NCBI RefSeq assembly: GCF_000025945.1
Contig: NC_006138.1
Coordinates: 3,030,001-3,062,000, forward strand
Length of the DNA stretch: 32,000 nucleotides
Direction of reading: 5' to 3'
From: Desulfotalea psychrophila LSv54
Lineage (GTDB): Bacteria; Desulfobacterota; Desulfobulbia; Desulfobulbales; Desulfocapsaceae
The position numbers and the translations under genes are program-made. Positions within the stretch are counted from its first letter, which is position 1. The number at the start of each line of letters is the position of its first letter. Shown here one piece after another: positions 8,801 to 17,221 of the stretch. Below the pieces are notes generated by a model. The model was not told where the DNA came from. It saw only the letters and a list, made by a program, of their open reading frames with translations, and ran no database searches.

Positions 8801-10082
8801 AGTATTTGAAGCAAAAGACATGAAAACGGGCCTGCGAAGAATCAAGGAAGAACTTGGTCCCGATGCCCTTATCATCTCCACAAGAACCATAAAAAATGGC
8901 AAACTTGGCTTGCTTAGCAAGTCTACTCTTGAAATTACCGCGTCCATTGACAGCACTCCCGTCAGCAGCTTGGCAAACAGACAGAGCAGAAGAGCAGTGC
9001 CACCTGCAAGAGCACCTCAAGAATACAGGCCAACCATTCATCATGTAGCGGACGACCCGGTCGAACTCCCTCCGTTCTCAGACAGCGCCCCTGTACCCGA
9101 AATATTTTCCACCCCTGAGAAAGCTGAGAAAGCAGAGAAAGAGAGTAGCCCCAAAAGAGATGACTCTGCCACGGAAGAAAAATTCATGGCCGAGATGGAT
9201 GATTTAAAAAACCTCGTAAGAAACCTTGCAGGAGAGGTGGGCAAACTGCAAAGCAGAGAGCCGGAAGGCAAAACCACTCACCTGCAAGCAAGCAATCATC
9301 CTCTTTATGGCAACCCGGCATTCAATATGCTCTGTGCCAGAGGCGTCAGTGAAGAGTTGGCTACCGACATAACCCTCTGCTGTCAAAAGAACTTCGACAG
9401 CAAAGAGATACATGACGCCGAAAGCATACTCTCCCAACTCAAGCAACACATTAAGGGAAAAATAGAGGTAAACCCCCTTCTAAAAGAGATCAACGAACAA
9501 CAGTGCATTGCCCTGGTGGGTCCAACAGGAGTTGGCAAGACAACAACCCTGGCAAAACTGGCCGCCGCCAAATTGAGTTCAGGATCTGCCTCGATCGCAA
9601 TGATTACCATCGACACCTATAGAATTGCAGCCGTTGAACAACTCAAAGTTTACGGAGAGATAATGAACATCCCCGTAGACGTTGTTATTACCCCAGAGCA
9701 ACTTGAATCCTCACTCTTGAGACATAGAGATTGCGAGCTTATCCTCATAGATACAGCAGGCCGTAGCCCTAAAGATGACTTTTCCATAGACGAGCTGGCA
9801 AATTTTCTCCGCCCCGAGTTCAATATTGAAAAACACCTTGTTCTCTCAACCACATCAAGAGAAAGTGAACTAGCCGAAACCATTCGACAATTTGGTAGGC
9901 TTGGTATTGACAGCACAGTATACACCAAGATAGACGAATGCTCACAACTCGGAGTAATTCTCAATACGCAACTACATAACAAGACACCCATTTCCTATAT
10001 GACAAACGGACAACGTGTACCAGAGGACTTTATTGACATAAGCCCTAAATGTATTGCAGAACTTATCATGTCGACCAACTAA
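8790..10082 (+). CDS. flhF: SRP-family GTPase FlhF (flagellar placement/number regulator)
   Basis: N-terminal MQFKVFEAKDMKTGLRRIKEELGPDALIISTR; [16 protein letters not shown] (P-loop), DTYRIAAVEQLKVYGEI, LILIDTAGRSPKD, STVYTKIDE. Overlaps the flhA end by 11 nt. Confidence 0.96.
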   Translation: MQFKVFEAKDMKTGLRRIKEELGPDALIISTRTIKNGKLGLLSKSTLEITASIDSTPVSSLANRQSRRAVPPARAPQEYRPTIHHVADDPVELPPFSDSAPVPEIFSTPEKAEKAEKESSPKRDDSATEEKFMAEMDDLKNLVRNLAGEVGKLQSREPEGKTTHLQASNHPLYGNPAFNMLCARGVSEELATDITLCCQKNFDSKEIHDAESILSQLKQHIKGKIEVNPLLKEINEQQCIALVGPTGVGKTTTLAKLAAAKLSSGSASIAMITIDTYRIAAVEQLKVYGEIMNIPVDVVITPEQLESSLLRHRDCELILIDTAGRSPKDDFSIDELANFLRPEFNIEKHLVLSTTSRESELAETIRQFGRLGIDSTVYTKIDECSQLGVILNTQLHNKTPISYMTNGQRVPEDFIDISPKCIAELIMSTN

Positions 10083-10092
10083 AGGACCCTCA

Positions 10093-10989
10093 ATGCTGAC
10101 CTCATATCAAGAGACAAATGACCAGGCGGGCACCCTACGTTCCATCAGCCCCCAGCAGCCAAACAGCCTGACAGCAAGAGACACCACTGTCTACTCCATC
10201 ACCTCGGGAAAGGGCGGGGTGGGCAAGACCGCCATTACGGCAAACCTAGCCTACTCCCTCGCCCTCTGTGGCAAAAAAGTACTGATCCTTGACGCCGATC
10301 TTGGCCTAGCCAATATTGATGTTGTCTTTGGACTCACCCCCCGCTACAATCTCAATCACTTTTTTGCAGGAGAGCAGGATCTCGAGTCCATTCTCATTGA
10401 AGGACCACTTGGCATACAGATTCTCCCTGCAGGCTCGGGCATTCCCAATTTCACTCACCTCAGCTCGGATCTGAAACGGCGGCTCCTCCAGGGCCTGGAT
10501 GCCATGCACAGCCGTTTTGACTATGTCCTCATAGATACCGAGGCGGGAATTTCCGACAACGTCACCTACTTCAACACGACCGCGCAGGAGATAATGGTGA
10601 TCACCACGCCTGAGCCCACGGCAATAACAGATGCCTACGCCTTGATGAAACTTCTCTCTACTCAGTTTCACGAGAAAAAATTCAACCTCGTTGTCAACCA
10701 AATCGAGAGCGAAGACGACGCTCTCGACGTTTATCGAAAACTCACCCTTGTCTCCAATCGCTATCTCGATATCTCCATTGATTATCTTGGCTCCATCCCC
10801 CAGGACAGACAAATGATTGACGCAATTCGCAGGCAGCGGGTACTCAGCGAACTACAACCAGGATCCAAGGTGGCCACCTCATTTAGCAGACTTGCCGGCC
10901 GCATCTGCGTTGAACCGAATAACCGTCATCACAAGGGCAATGTTCAATTTTTCTGGCAACGTCTTCTCAACTTTGGTACAGGCGAATGA
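10093..10989 (+). CDS. flhG: MinD-like ATPase FlhG/FleN (YlxH family)
   Basis: SITSGKGGVGKTAITANLAYSLA deviant Walker A; LDADLGLANIDVVFG; YVLIDTEAGIS; N-terminal DQAGTLR motif. Start placed at the ATG at 10093 after the flhF stop rather than the 10054 ORF start. Confidence 0.94.
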   Translation: MLTSYQETNDQAGTLRSISPQQPNSLTARDTTVYSITSGKGGVGKTAITANLAYSLALCGKKVLILDADLGLANIDVVFGLTPRYNLNHFFAGEQDLESILIEGPLGIQILPAGSGIPNFTHLSSDLKRRLLQGLDAMHSRFDYVLIDTEAGISDNVTYFNTTAQEIMVITTPEPTAITDAYALMKLLSTQFHEKKFNLVVNQIESEDDALDVYRKLTLVSNRYLDISIDYLGSIPQDRQMIDAIRRQRVLSELQPGSKVATSFSRLAGRICVEPNNRHHKGNVQFFWQRLLNFGTGE

Positions 10990-11723
10990 TCGATATTTTT
11001 CCAACCACACCTCCAGGGCCAACCCCCAATCAACTTGTTGACGACCACCTCTACCTTGTGGATATCTTGGTCTCACGCATGGTTTCTCAGGTGCCCTCTT
11101 TTATGAGTCGAGATGATATGCGTAGCGCCGGCATGTTTGGTCTATTTGATGCCTCTAAAAAATTCGACGCCTCAAAAAACATTCTCTTTAAAACCTTTGC
11201 TGAATACCGTATTCGAGGAGCGATATTTGATGAGATGCGTAAGCTTGACTGGTTTTCCCGTTCCCTAAGAGATAAGCACAACAAAATAGGCAGGGCTATT
11301 TTAGCACTGGAATTAAAACTTGGCCGTGACCCGGAAGAATTTGAAATAGCACAGTCACTCAACATGAATCTTGATGCCTACCACAACCTTCTTGGTCAGG
11401 TGAGCCATCTTGGCTGTGTAAGCCTCAATGAAGTTCTGGACAACTCTCAAGAGGGCAGATCTTTTCTTGATTCTCTGGTGGACAAACGAAAAAACAATAC
11501 CCCTACAGCCTTTATCGAACAGCAAGAGCTCAATATCAAAATTGCAGAAATTCTTGACCAACTCTCAGAAAAAGAAAAGTTGGTTATATCTCTCTACTAC
11601 TATGAAGAGCTCTCCCAAAAAGAAATTGCTGAGGTAATCGGCGTATCAGAGGGACGTATCTCCCAATTACATAGCCAGTCTCTTATTAAGTTAAAGCTTA
11701 AAATGCAAAACCAACTTTTTTAA
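10986..11723 (+). CDS. fliA: RNA polymerase sigma-28 factor FliA (FliA/WhiG family)
   Basis: FGLFDASKKFDASKNILFKTFAEYRIRGAIFDEMRKLDWFSRSLR region 2; EKEKLVISLYYYEELSQKEIAEVIGVSEGRISQLHSQSLIKLK region 4; ATGA overlap with flhG. Confidence 0.96.
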   Translation: MIDIFPTTPPGPTPNQLVDDHLYLVDILVSRMVSQVPSFMSRDDMRSAGMFGLFDASKKFDASKNILFKTFAEYRIRGAIFDEMRKLDWFSRSLRDKHNKIGRAILALELKLGRDPEEFEIAQSLNMNLDAYHNLLGQVSHLGCVSLNEVLDNSQEGRSFLDSLVDKRKNNTPTAFIEQQELNIKIAEILDQLSEKEKLVISLYYYEELSQKEIAEVIGVSEGRISQLHSQSLIKLKLKMQNQLF

Positions 11724-11761
11724 CAGACGTCGCTCTTACAAACACATTGATTTAAAAAAAA

Positions 11762-12202
11762 ATGACTCCCATGCAATCCTACTTCCTACTACTTGCAAGC
11801 TCTGTGATTTTATGCATCTTCTCAATCATATGGCTAATGAGGACTAAAAAGAGCAAAATCAACCTTGTCAGCCAACTAGCAAAGACTCAACATGATCTTG
11901 AAGAGATACAACAACAACATAACAATACAAAAGAACAACTTGAGGAGCTGTCAAGCTTCCAAAAAAACATGACAGAGGCCAAACTCACCACTCGCCTCCA
12001 GGCGCCTCGGGTACAAGCTCAGGAGAAGAAAAACAGTCATATCCCTGAAAAATACCAATATATCGATTCACTTAATAAGAAGGGTATGCCACCTGAAGAA
12101 ATTGCCTCCCTCCTCTCCATCTCCCTGGCAGAGGCACAACAGCTAGTTGCACTAACAAAAATCGCCAATAAACGGGCCATTACTAGTAAAGAAAAAATTT
12201 AA
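11762..12202 (+). CDS. Membrane-anchored coiled-coil protein with C-terminal HTH-like segment (resembles DUF2802-type proteins near fliA)
   Basis: N-terminal TM helix (YFLLLASSVILCIFSIIWLM), coiled coil, C-terminal DSLNKKGMPPEEIASLLSISLAEAQQLVAL helix-turn-helix-like pattern; sits between fliA and flgF. Confidence 0.7.
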   Translation: MTPMQSYFLLLASSVILCIFSIIWLMRTKKSKINLVSQLAKTQHDLEEIQQQHNNTKEQLEELSSFQKNMTEAKLTTRLQAPRVQAQEKKNSHIPEKYQYIDSLNKKGMPPEEIASLLSISLAEAQQLVALTKIANKRAITSKEKI

Positions 12203-12214
12203 ATCCGCCGATAC
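12187..12214 (+). promoter_or_regulatory. Putative sigma-28 promoter upstream of flgF
   Basis: TAAA (12187-12190) - 16 nt - GCCGATAC (12207-12214), close to TAAA-N15-GCCGATAA; about 67 nt before the flgF ATG. Confidence 0.55.
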
Positions 12215-12280
12215 AAAAGGGCATTTTAAAATTTTATCCCTATAACAGAGCCGACAATCTCTCTCAAAAAAGGAAACGAT

Positions 12281-13027
12281 ATGGTCTCAGGAAAATATAG
12301 TGCCCTGAGTGGCGCGCTTTCACGACAACAGGCAATTTCTACTATCAGCAACAACCTGGCAAATGTGAACACCACGGGGTTCAAAAAAAACACCCTCAGC
12401 TTTGAATCAATCCTCAATAATCAACAGCAAAACAGCGCCGAAGGAATTAACTACAGCCGTGTCGGCAAAAGCAGCACCGACTTTAAGCAGGGAACATTTA
12501 AGCCAACAGAAAACCCCATGGATCTCGCCATCCAAGGTAAGGCCTTTTTCAAGGTTCAGGGAGTAAACGGTGCCCTCTACACAAGACGCGGAGACTTTGG
12601 GCTTCGAGGAGATAATGTCCTTACCACCAGACATGGGCTACCGATCCTCAGTGAGGCAGGTGGAGAGATCACCATTCCCGATGCTGAAACCTCGAAAATA
12701 GCCTTTGGCGAAGACGGTACCATCTATATCCTGGGAAAACAGGGCCGCCGGGAAGAGGTCGGCAAGATCGGTCTCTTTGAAATTGATGACCCATCTCTTC
12801 TAAAAAATGCAGGCGATACGAGCTTTTCCCTTGAGCAGGGTGGGCAGGAGACCATCAGTCAGGAATCATCTCTTCTGCAGGGAAACCTCGAGGTGGCAAA
12901 CGTCAATATGGTTGCAGCCATGGCCCAGCTTATCGATAACCAAAGGGCCTTTGAAACACTCAACAAGGCTATAAAGAGTTATTCCACAATAAGTGACCAA
13001 CAAGACAAGCTTGGCTCTCTTGGCTAA
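12281..13027 (+). CDS. flgF: Flagellar basal-body rod protein FlgF
   Basis: YSALSGALSRQQAISTISNNLANVNTTGFKK; NPMDLAIQGKAFFKVQGVNGALYTRRGDF; C-terminal GNLEVANVNMVAAMAQLIDNQRAFETLNKAIK. Confidence 0.88.
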   Translation: MVSGKYSALSGALSRQQAISTISNNLANVNTTGFKKNTLSFESILNNQQQNSAEGINYSRVGKSSTDFKQGTFKPTENPMDLAIQGKAFFKVQGVNGALYTRRGDFGLRGDNVLTTRHGLPILSEAGGEITIPDAETSKIAFGEDGTIYILGKQGRREEVGKIGLFEIDDPSLLKNAGDTSFSLEQGGQETISQESSLLQGNLEVANVNMVAAMAQLIDNQRAFETLNKAIKSYSTISDQQDKLGSLG

Positions 13028-13071
13028 TAAATTTCTCTTAAAAGCACGATAAACAGACAAGGAACTGCCCT

Positions 13072-13857
13072 ATGTTTAGATCACTTTGGACCGGCACCAC
13101 CGGCATGCAAGCCCAACAACTCAACATTGACATCATTGCCAACAATCTGGCAAACGTGAACACCACAGGCTTTAAGAAAAGTTCTGCTGATTTCCAGGAT
13201 CTTCTCTATCAAACCATGAAGGTTCCAGGTAGCCAAACATCACCGGACACAGAATCTCCCACGGGCATCTTGGTAGGACTTGGCGTAAAACCCGCCGCAG
13301 TTACCAAGGTTTTTACCCAGGGTGATCTTATCCAAACAGAAAACGAACTCGATGTTGCCATCCAGGGACGCGGCTTCTTCCAGATTGAAGCCCCCGACGG
13401 CAACATCAAATACACCAGAGCCGGAGCCTTTAAAAGAGATTCCAATGGCCGCATGACCTCCTCGGATGGCTACCCACTCATTCCTGAAATCACCATCCCC
13501 AGCGGGGCCAAGCAAGTATCCATCGGCGAAACAGGAATTGTCAGTGTCAAACTCGATAGCGACTCAACCGAGACAGAAATTGGCACCATAGAACTTGCCG
13601 GTTTTACCAACCCGGCAGGTCTGGCCGCCATCGGTAAAAACCTTTTTGAAGAGACAGGCGCATCCGGAACAGCCACCATCGGTATTCCCGGTGAAGAGGG
13701 CTATGGAACCCTTATCCAACAATATCTTGAAGGATCCAACGTCAATCTGGTAGCAGAAATGGCGGCCATGATCAGCACCCAAAGAGCCTATGAAATTAAC
13801 TCATCAATGGTGAAAACCTCGGATCAAATGATGCAAACCGTCAACGATCTTGCCTAA
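13072..13857 (+). CDS. flgG: Flagellar distal rod protein FlgG
   Basis: MFRSLWTGTTGMQAQQLNIDIIANNLANVNTTGFKKSSADFQDLLYQ; ENELDVAIQGRGFFQIEAPDGNIKYTRAGAFKRDSNG; EGSNVNLVAEMAAMISTQRAYEINSSMVKTSDQMMQ. Confidence 0.98.
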   Translation: MFRSLWTGTTGMQAQQLNIDIIANNLANVNTTGFKKSSADFQDLLYQTMKVPGSQTSPDTESPTGILVGLGVKPAAVTKVFTQGDLIQTENELDVAIQGRGFFQIEAPDGNIKYTRAGAFKRDSNGRMTSSDGYPLIPEITIPSGAKQVSIGETGIVSVKLDSDSTETEIGTIELAGFTNPAGLAAIGKNLFEETGASGTATIGIPGEEGYGTLIQQYLEGSNVNLVAEMAAMISTQRAYEINSSMVKTSDQMMQTVNDLA

Positions 13858-13866
13858 GAGCCGGCT

Positions 13867-14814
13867 ATGAGAATAATACTGACAACCCTGATGCTCTTCA
13901 GCATTTTTTTACAACCGGCAATGGCCCTTGAGGCTATATTTCAGAGCCACGCCCAGGTAAAAGCAAAAATAGTAAGACTTGGTGATGTGGTCTCCTTTTC
14001 AGAAAAAGACCCACGCGTCTCGGCTCTGACCAGCCAAAGAATTGCCCAATCACCCTCGCTAGGAAAGAGCCTCGTTCTCAACCAGCAAACCATACTGCGC
14101 CAACTCGCCTCACAGGGAATACTGCCCCCCGACATCCGTTGGTCGGGAGCGCAAGAGATAGAGATAAGGCGACAGGGAGTCACCATCCCTCCTGAAAAAA
14201 TATCTCAAATTATTGACGCCTATCTTGTCGGCAAAGCAAAAAAAATGCCAGACATAGCGCTCTCTTTTTCGCCAAATTCTTTACCCCTGCCCTTTCTCCT
14301 GCCGCCAGGAAAACTCTCCTGGGAAATAATCCCTTCCCGGGCAGAGATACTAGGGAGCTCTCGTTTTTCAATCATTTTCAAAATAGACGGCAAGGTACAG
14401 AAAAACCTCTCCATCAGAGGAAAGCTTAAGGCAATAGCTCCTGTTCTGGTCGCCCGAGAAGCACTTCGCCGAGACACAGAACTTTCCCCTAATAATTTCT
14501 CTATTATACGTCGGGACATAAGCAATATAAGCGACCCTCTTTTTTCTGCCAGACAGGCAGAAGGACAACGACTTCGACGCAGGATTAGAAAGGATGACGT
14601 CATCCGAGCCTCATCCCTTGAACATGTTCCCGTTGTTCATCGCGGCGATCGAGTTAAAATCCATCTCCTGTCGGGTAATCTCCAGGTAGTTACCCTCGGT
14701 GTAGCAAGAGCCGATGGAGGCGTGCACGATTTTATCCGAGTACAAAACATTAACTCAAAAAAAATCATATATTGTCAGGTGGTAGCACCCGGCATCGTGA
14801 AGGTTAAACTCTAA
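13867..14814 (+). CDS. flgA: Flagella basal body P-ring assembly chaperone FlgA
   Basis: Signal peptide; VLVAREALRRDTELSPNNFSIIRRDISN; C-terminal VHRGDRVKIHLLSGNLQVVTLGVARADGGVHDFIRVQNINSKKIIYCQVVAPG (SAF-like). Confidence 0.93.
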   Translation: MRIILTTLMLFSIFLQPAMALEAIFQSHAQVKAKIVRLGDVVSFSEKDPRVSALTSQRIAQSPSLGKSLVLNQQTILRQLASQGILPPDIRWSGAQEIEIRRQGVTIPPEKISQIIDAYLVGKAKKMPDIALSFSPNSLPLPFLLPPGKLSWEIIPSRAEILGSSRFSIIFKIDGKVQKNLSIRGKLKAIAPVLVAREALRRDTELSPNNFSIIRRDISNISDPLFSARQAEGQRLRRRIRKDDVIRASSLEHVPVVHRGDRVKIHLLSGNLQVVTLGVARADGGVHDFIRVQNINSKKIIYCQVVAPGIVKVKL

Positions 14815-15509
14815 TGACATATAGACGAATCCCCCTTTACCTGAGCTGTCTTTTCCTCCTTGCCCTTAGCGGCTGTAACAGCAAAAGACCACCTCTGGTG
14901 GAAATACCGGAGCCCCTTGAAGAACTGCAGACCATGAGTCCTGCCACCCGTCAAGCCGGATCACTCTGGGACAGCAACCAAAACTCTCTATTTTCCGACA
15001 GAAAGGCCAGTAATGTAGGCGACATTGTCACTGTCCTCATCGAAGAAAAATCAAGTGCCAGCAAAAATGCCTCCACTAAGACAGGGAAGGATTCCAGCAT
15101 TGGCGCCTCGATCCCAAACCTGTTCGGACTTGAAAAGAGCAGCATCATCGCCAACAACCACATTGATATGAATAATCTTATCGGAGCAAGCTTTAAAAAC
15201 GACTTTAAAGGCGCAGGAAGCACCAGCCGCAGCGGCACCCTCTCCGCAGCCCTCAGCACCCAGGTTATCGTAAAATACCCCAATGGCCAGCTGAAAATAC
15301 GAGGTGGCAAGGAGGTCATGGTCAACAACGAGGTGCAAGTAATCTATCTTACTGGAATCATAAGACCCGTTGATATTACCGCAGCTAACACCATCAACTC
15401 GGATAAAATCCTCAACGCCCGTATCAGCTACACCGGCAAAGGTGCCCTAGGCGATAAACAAGAGCCGGGTTGGCTCACACGTAGCCTAGACCACGTCTGG
15501 CCCTTTTAA
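14814..15509 (+). CDS. flgH: Flagellar L-ring lipoprotein FlgH
   Basis: Lipobox LFLLALSGCNS; SLWDSNQNSLFSDRKASNVGDIVTVLIEEKSSASKNA; ISYTGKGALGDKQEPGWLTRSLDHVWPF. Confidence 0.96.
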   Translation: MTYRRIPLYLSCLFLLALSGCNSKRPPLVEIPEPLEELQTMSPATRQAGSLWDSNQNSLFSDRKASNVGDIVTVLIEEKSSASKNASTKTGKDSSIGASIPNLFGLEKSSIIANNHIDMNNLIGASFKNDFKGAGSTSRSGTLSAALSTQVIVKYPNGQLKIRGGKEVMVNNEVQVIYLTGIIRPVDITAANTINSDKILNARISYTGKGALGDKQEPGWLTRSLDHVWPF

Positions 15510-15543
15510 GATCTTCACTCTCAAAGCAGAACCCTAGGTAAAT

Positions 15544-16716
15544 ATGTTTTTTTCAAGAAAGATAAGATCACTATTACTTACCCCTAAGCGCAGATGGAGC
15601 CTCATACTCACCCTCTGCCTCATATTCACCGGCATAAACTTTTCTACCAGCAATGACGTACAGGCATCACGGATCAAAGATATAGCCCAGCTCCACGGAG
15701 TACGCAGCAATCAACTCATTGGCTACGGACTGATTACAGGGCTCAACGGTACAGGTGATGATATGAAGAAATCTGCCTTTACCCTACAGGCCATTTATAA
15801 CATGATGACCCGAAGTGGTATTACCCTTAACCCCTCTGAGATGAAGTCCATTAAGATAAAAAATGTAGCTGCAGTCATGGTGACGGCAAGCCTGCCACCC
15901 TTTGCCAGTTCCGGCTCTAAAATTGACATTCAAGTTTCTTCCATGGGAGATGCCAAATCTCTAGCTGGCGGCACCCTGCTCATGACCCCCCTGAAGGGGG
16001 TAGATAACAGGGTCTATGCCATTGCCCAAGGACCACTTGCCATAGGTGCATTTTCCTTTGGTGGCAAATCTGCCCAGGCCCAAAAAAACCACCCAAATGC
16101 AGGCAGAATTCCAGACGGAGCAACGGTGGAAGATACTGTTCTGGTTGATATTGGCGCTGATGGCACCCTTACCTACCAGCTGGCAAATGCCGATTTCACC
16201 ACAGCCAACAACATGACAAGGGCAATCAATAAAAAGTTTGGCAAGGATACCGCCTATCCCCTTGACTCCGGCAGCGTTACCATAAATATTCCACCGCATT
16301 TTTCCAAACGGGTGGTGCAATTTGTTGCAAACGTAGAAAGTATTGATATTACAGCAGATTCAGTTGCAAGGGTTGTTGTTAACGAAAGAACTGGAACCGT
16401 TGTCATGGGCCAAAATGTGAGACTTTCAACGGTTGCCGTCTCCCACGGTAACCTCAACCTGATTATTCGTGAAAGTTTTGATGTAAGCCAACCGGCCCCC
16501 CTTGCCGATGGCGAAACGGTCATTACGCCAAGTACAGAGATCTCCGTCACAGAAGAAGAGGGCCAGCTTGTTGTCCTTAACATGAAAAACGATGTCTCCA
16601 TCGGCGAAATAGCAAATGCCCTTAACGCTATCGGCGCCACACCACGGGACCTCATTGCCATATTCCAGGCAATAAAGGCCGCAGGAGCCATGCACGGAGA
16701 GTTAATAGTTCTGTAA
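15544..16716 (+). CDS. flgI: Flagellar P-ring protein FlgI
   Basis: RIKDIAQLHGVRSNQLIGYGLITGLNGTGDD; MKSIKIKNVAAVMVTASLPPFA; C-terminal ARDLIAIFQAIKAAGAMHGELIVL-type ending. Confidence 0.98.
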   Translation: MFFSRKIRSLLLTPKRRWSLILTLCLIFTGINFSTSNDVQASRIKDIAQLHGVRSNQLIGYGLITGLNGTGDDMKKSAFTLQAIYNMMTRSGITLNPSEMKSIKIKNVAAVMVTASLPPFASSGSKIDIQVSSMGDAKSLAGGTLLMTPLKGVDNRVYAIAQGPLAIGAFSFGGKSAQAQKNHPNAGRIPDGATVEDTVLVDIGADGTLTYQLANADFTTANNMTRAINKKFGKDTAYPLDSGSVTINIPPHFSKRVVQFVANVESIDITADSVARVVVNERTGTVVMGQNVRLSTVAVSHGNLNLIIRESFDVSQPAPLADGETVITPSTEISVTEEEGQLVVLNMKNDVSIGEIANALNAIGATPRDLIAIFQAIKAAGAMHGELIVL

Positions 16717-16727
16717 ACATATCCTTA

Positions 16728-16752
16728 CTAAGGGGAGAGCCTCTCTCCTTAG
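16728..16752. repeat. Hairpin-forming inverted repeat between flgI and flgJ
   Basis: CTAAGGGGAGA-GCC-TCTCTCCTTAG: 11-bp stem with one G:T wobble and a 3-nt loop; no following T-run. Confidence 0.6.
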
Positions 16753-16771
16753 CCCCAAAACAGGTACCCCC

Positions 16772-17086
16772 ATGGACTTCAAAGTAGATATTCGCACCCA
16801 ACATACAGCAACAAAGATCTCCCCAACAAACAAGAAAAGCCGGGACCTGCAAAATCTCAAGACATCCTGCCAGGAGTTTGAGAGCATCTATGTCAATGAA
16901 ATGCTTAAAACAGCACGAAAAACCATCCCGGAAGGTGGCCTATTCGAAAAAAGCAATGGCACAGAGATATTTGAAGGAATGCTTGACATGGAACAAGCCC
17001 GCAAAATATCACAGAATTCCTCCCTGGGACTAGCAAACGCCATGTATAAACAGATGGCACATCTTATTGAAGATCGCAAAGAGTAA
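16772..17086 (+). CDS. flgJ: FlgJ rod-binding domain protein (no muramidase domain)
   Basis: 104 aa: CQEFESIYVNEMLKTARKTIPEGGLFEKSNGTEIFEGMLDMEQARKISQNSSLGLANAMYKQM matches the FlgJ N-terminal rod-binding domain only. Confidence 0.9.
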   Translation: MDFKVDIRTQHTATKISPTNKKSRDLQNLKTSCQEFESIYVNEMLKTARKTIPEGGLFEKSNGTEIFEGMLDMEQARKISQNSSLGLANAMYKQMAHLIEDRKE

Positions 17087-17121
17087 ACGGCTAATATTTT
17101 AGCCTCAAAATCTTTTTTCTC

Positions 17122-17149
17122 TAAACTCTCCAGATCATACCACCGATAT
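17122..17149 (+). promoter_or_regulatory. Putative sigma-28 promoter upstream of the orf17222-flgM-flgN-flgK-flgL block
   Basis: TAAA (17122-17125) - 16 nt - ACCGATAT (17142-17149); -10 element identical to the one upstream of fliC. Confidence 0.55.
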
Positions 17150-17221
17150 TCTTTAAAAGAGATTCTTCTACTTTTAAAAAAATGTCTTTGCCCTCAAGGC
17201 AAAACACGATGAGGTATCTGG

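Noticed and set aside
12358-13185. Similar DNA near the starts of flgF and flgG (AACCTGGCAAATGTGAACACCACGGG...) as a possible mobile or recombination repeat
   Set aside because: Explained by the shared N-terminal axial-protein motif NNLANVNTTGFKK of paralogous rod proteins.
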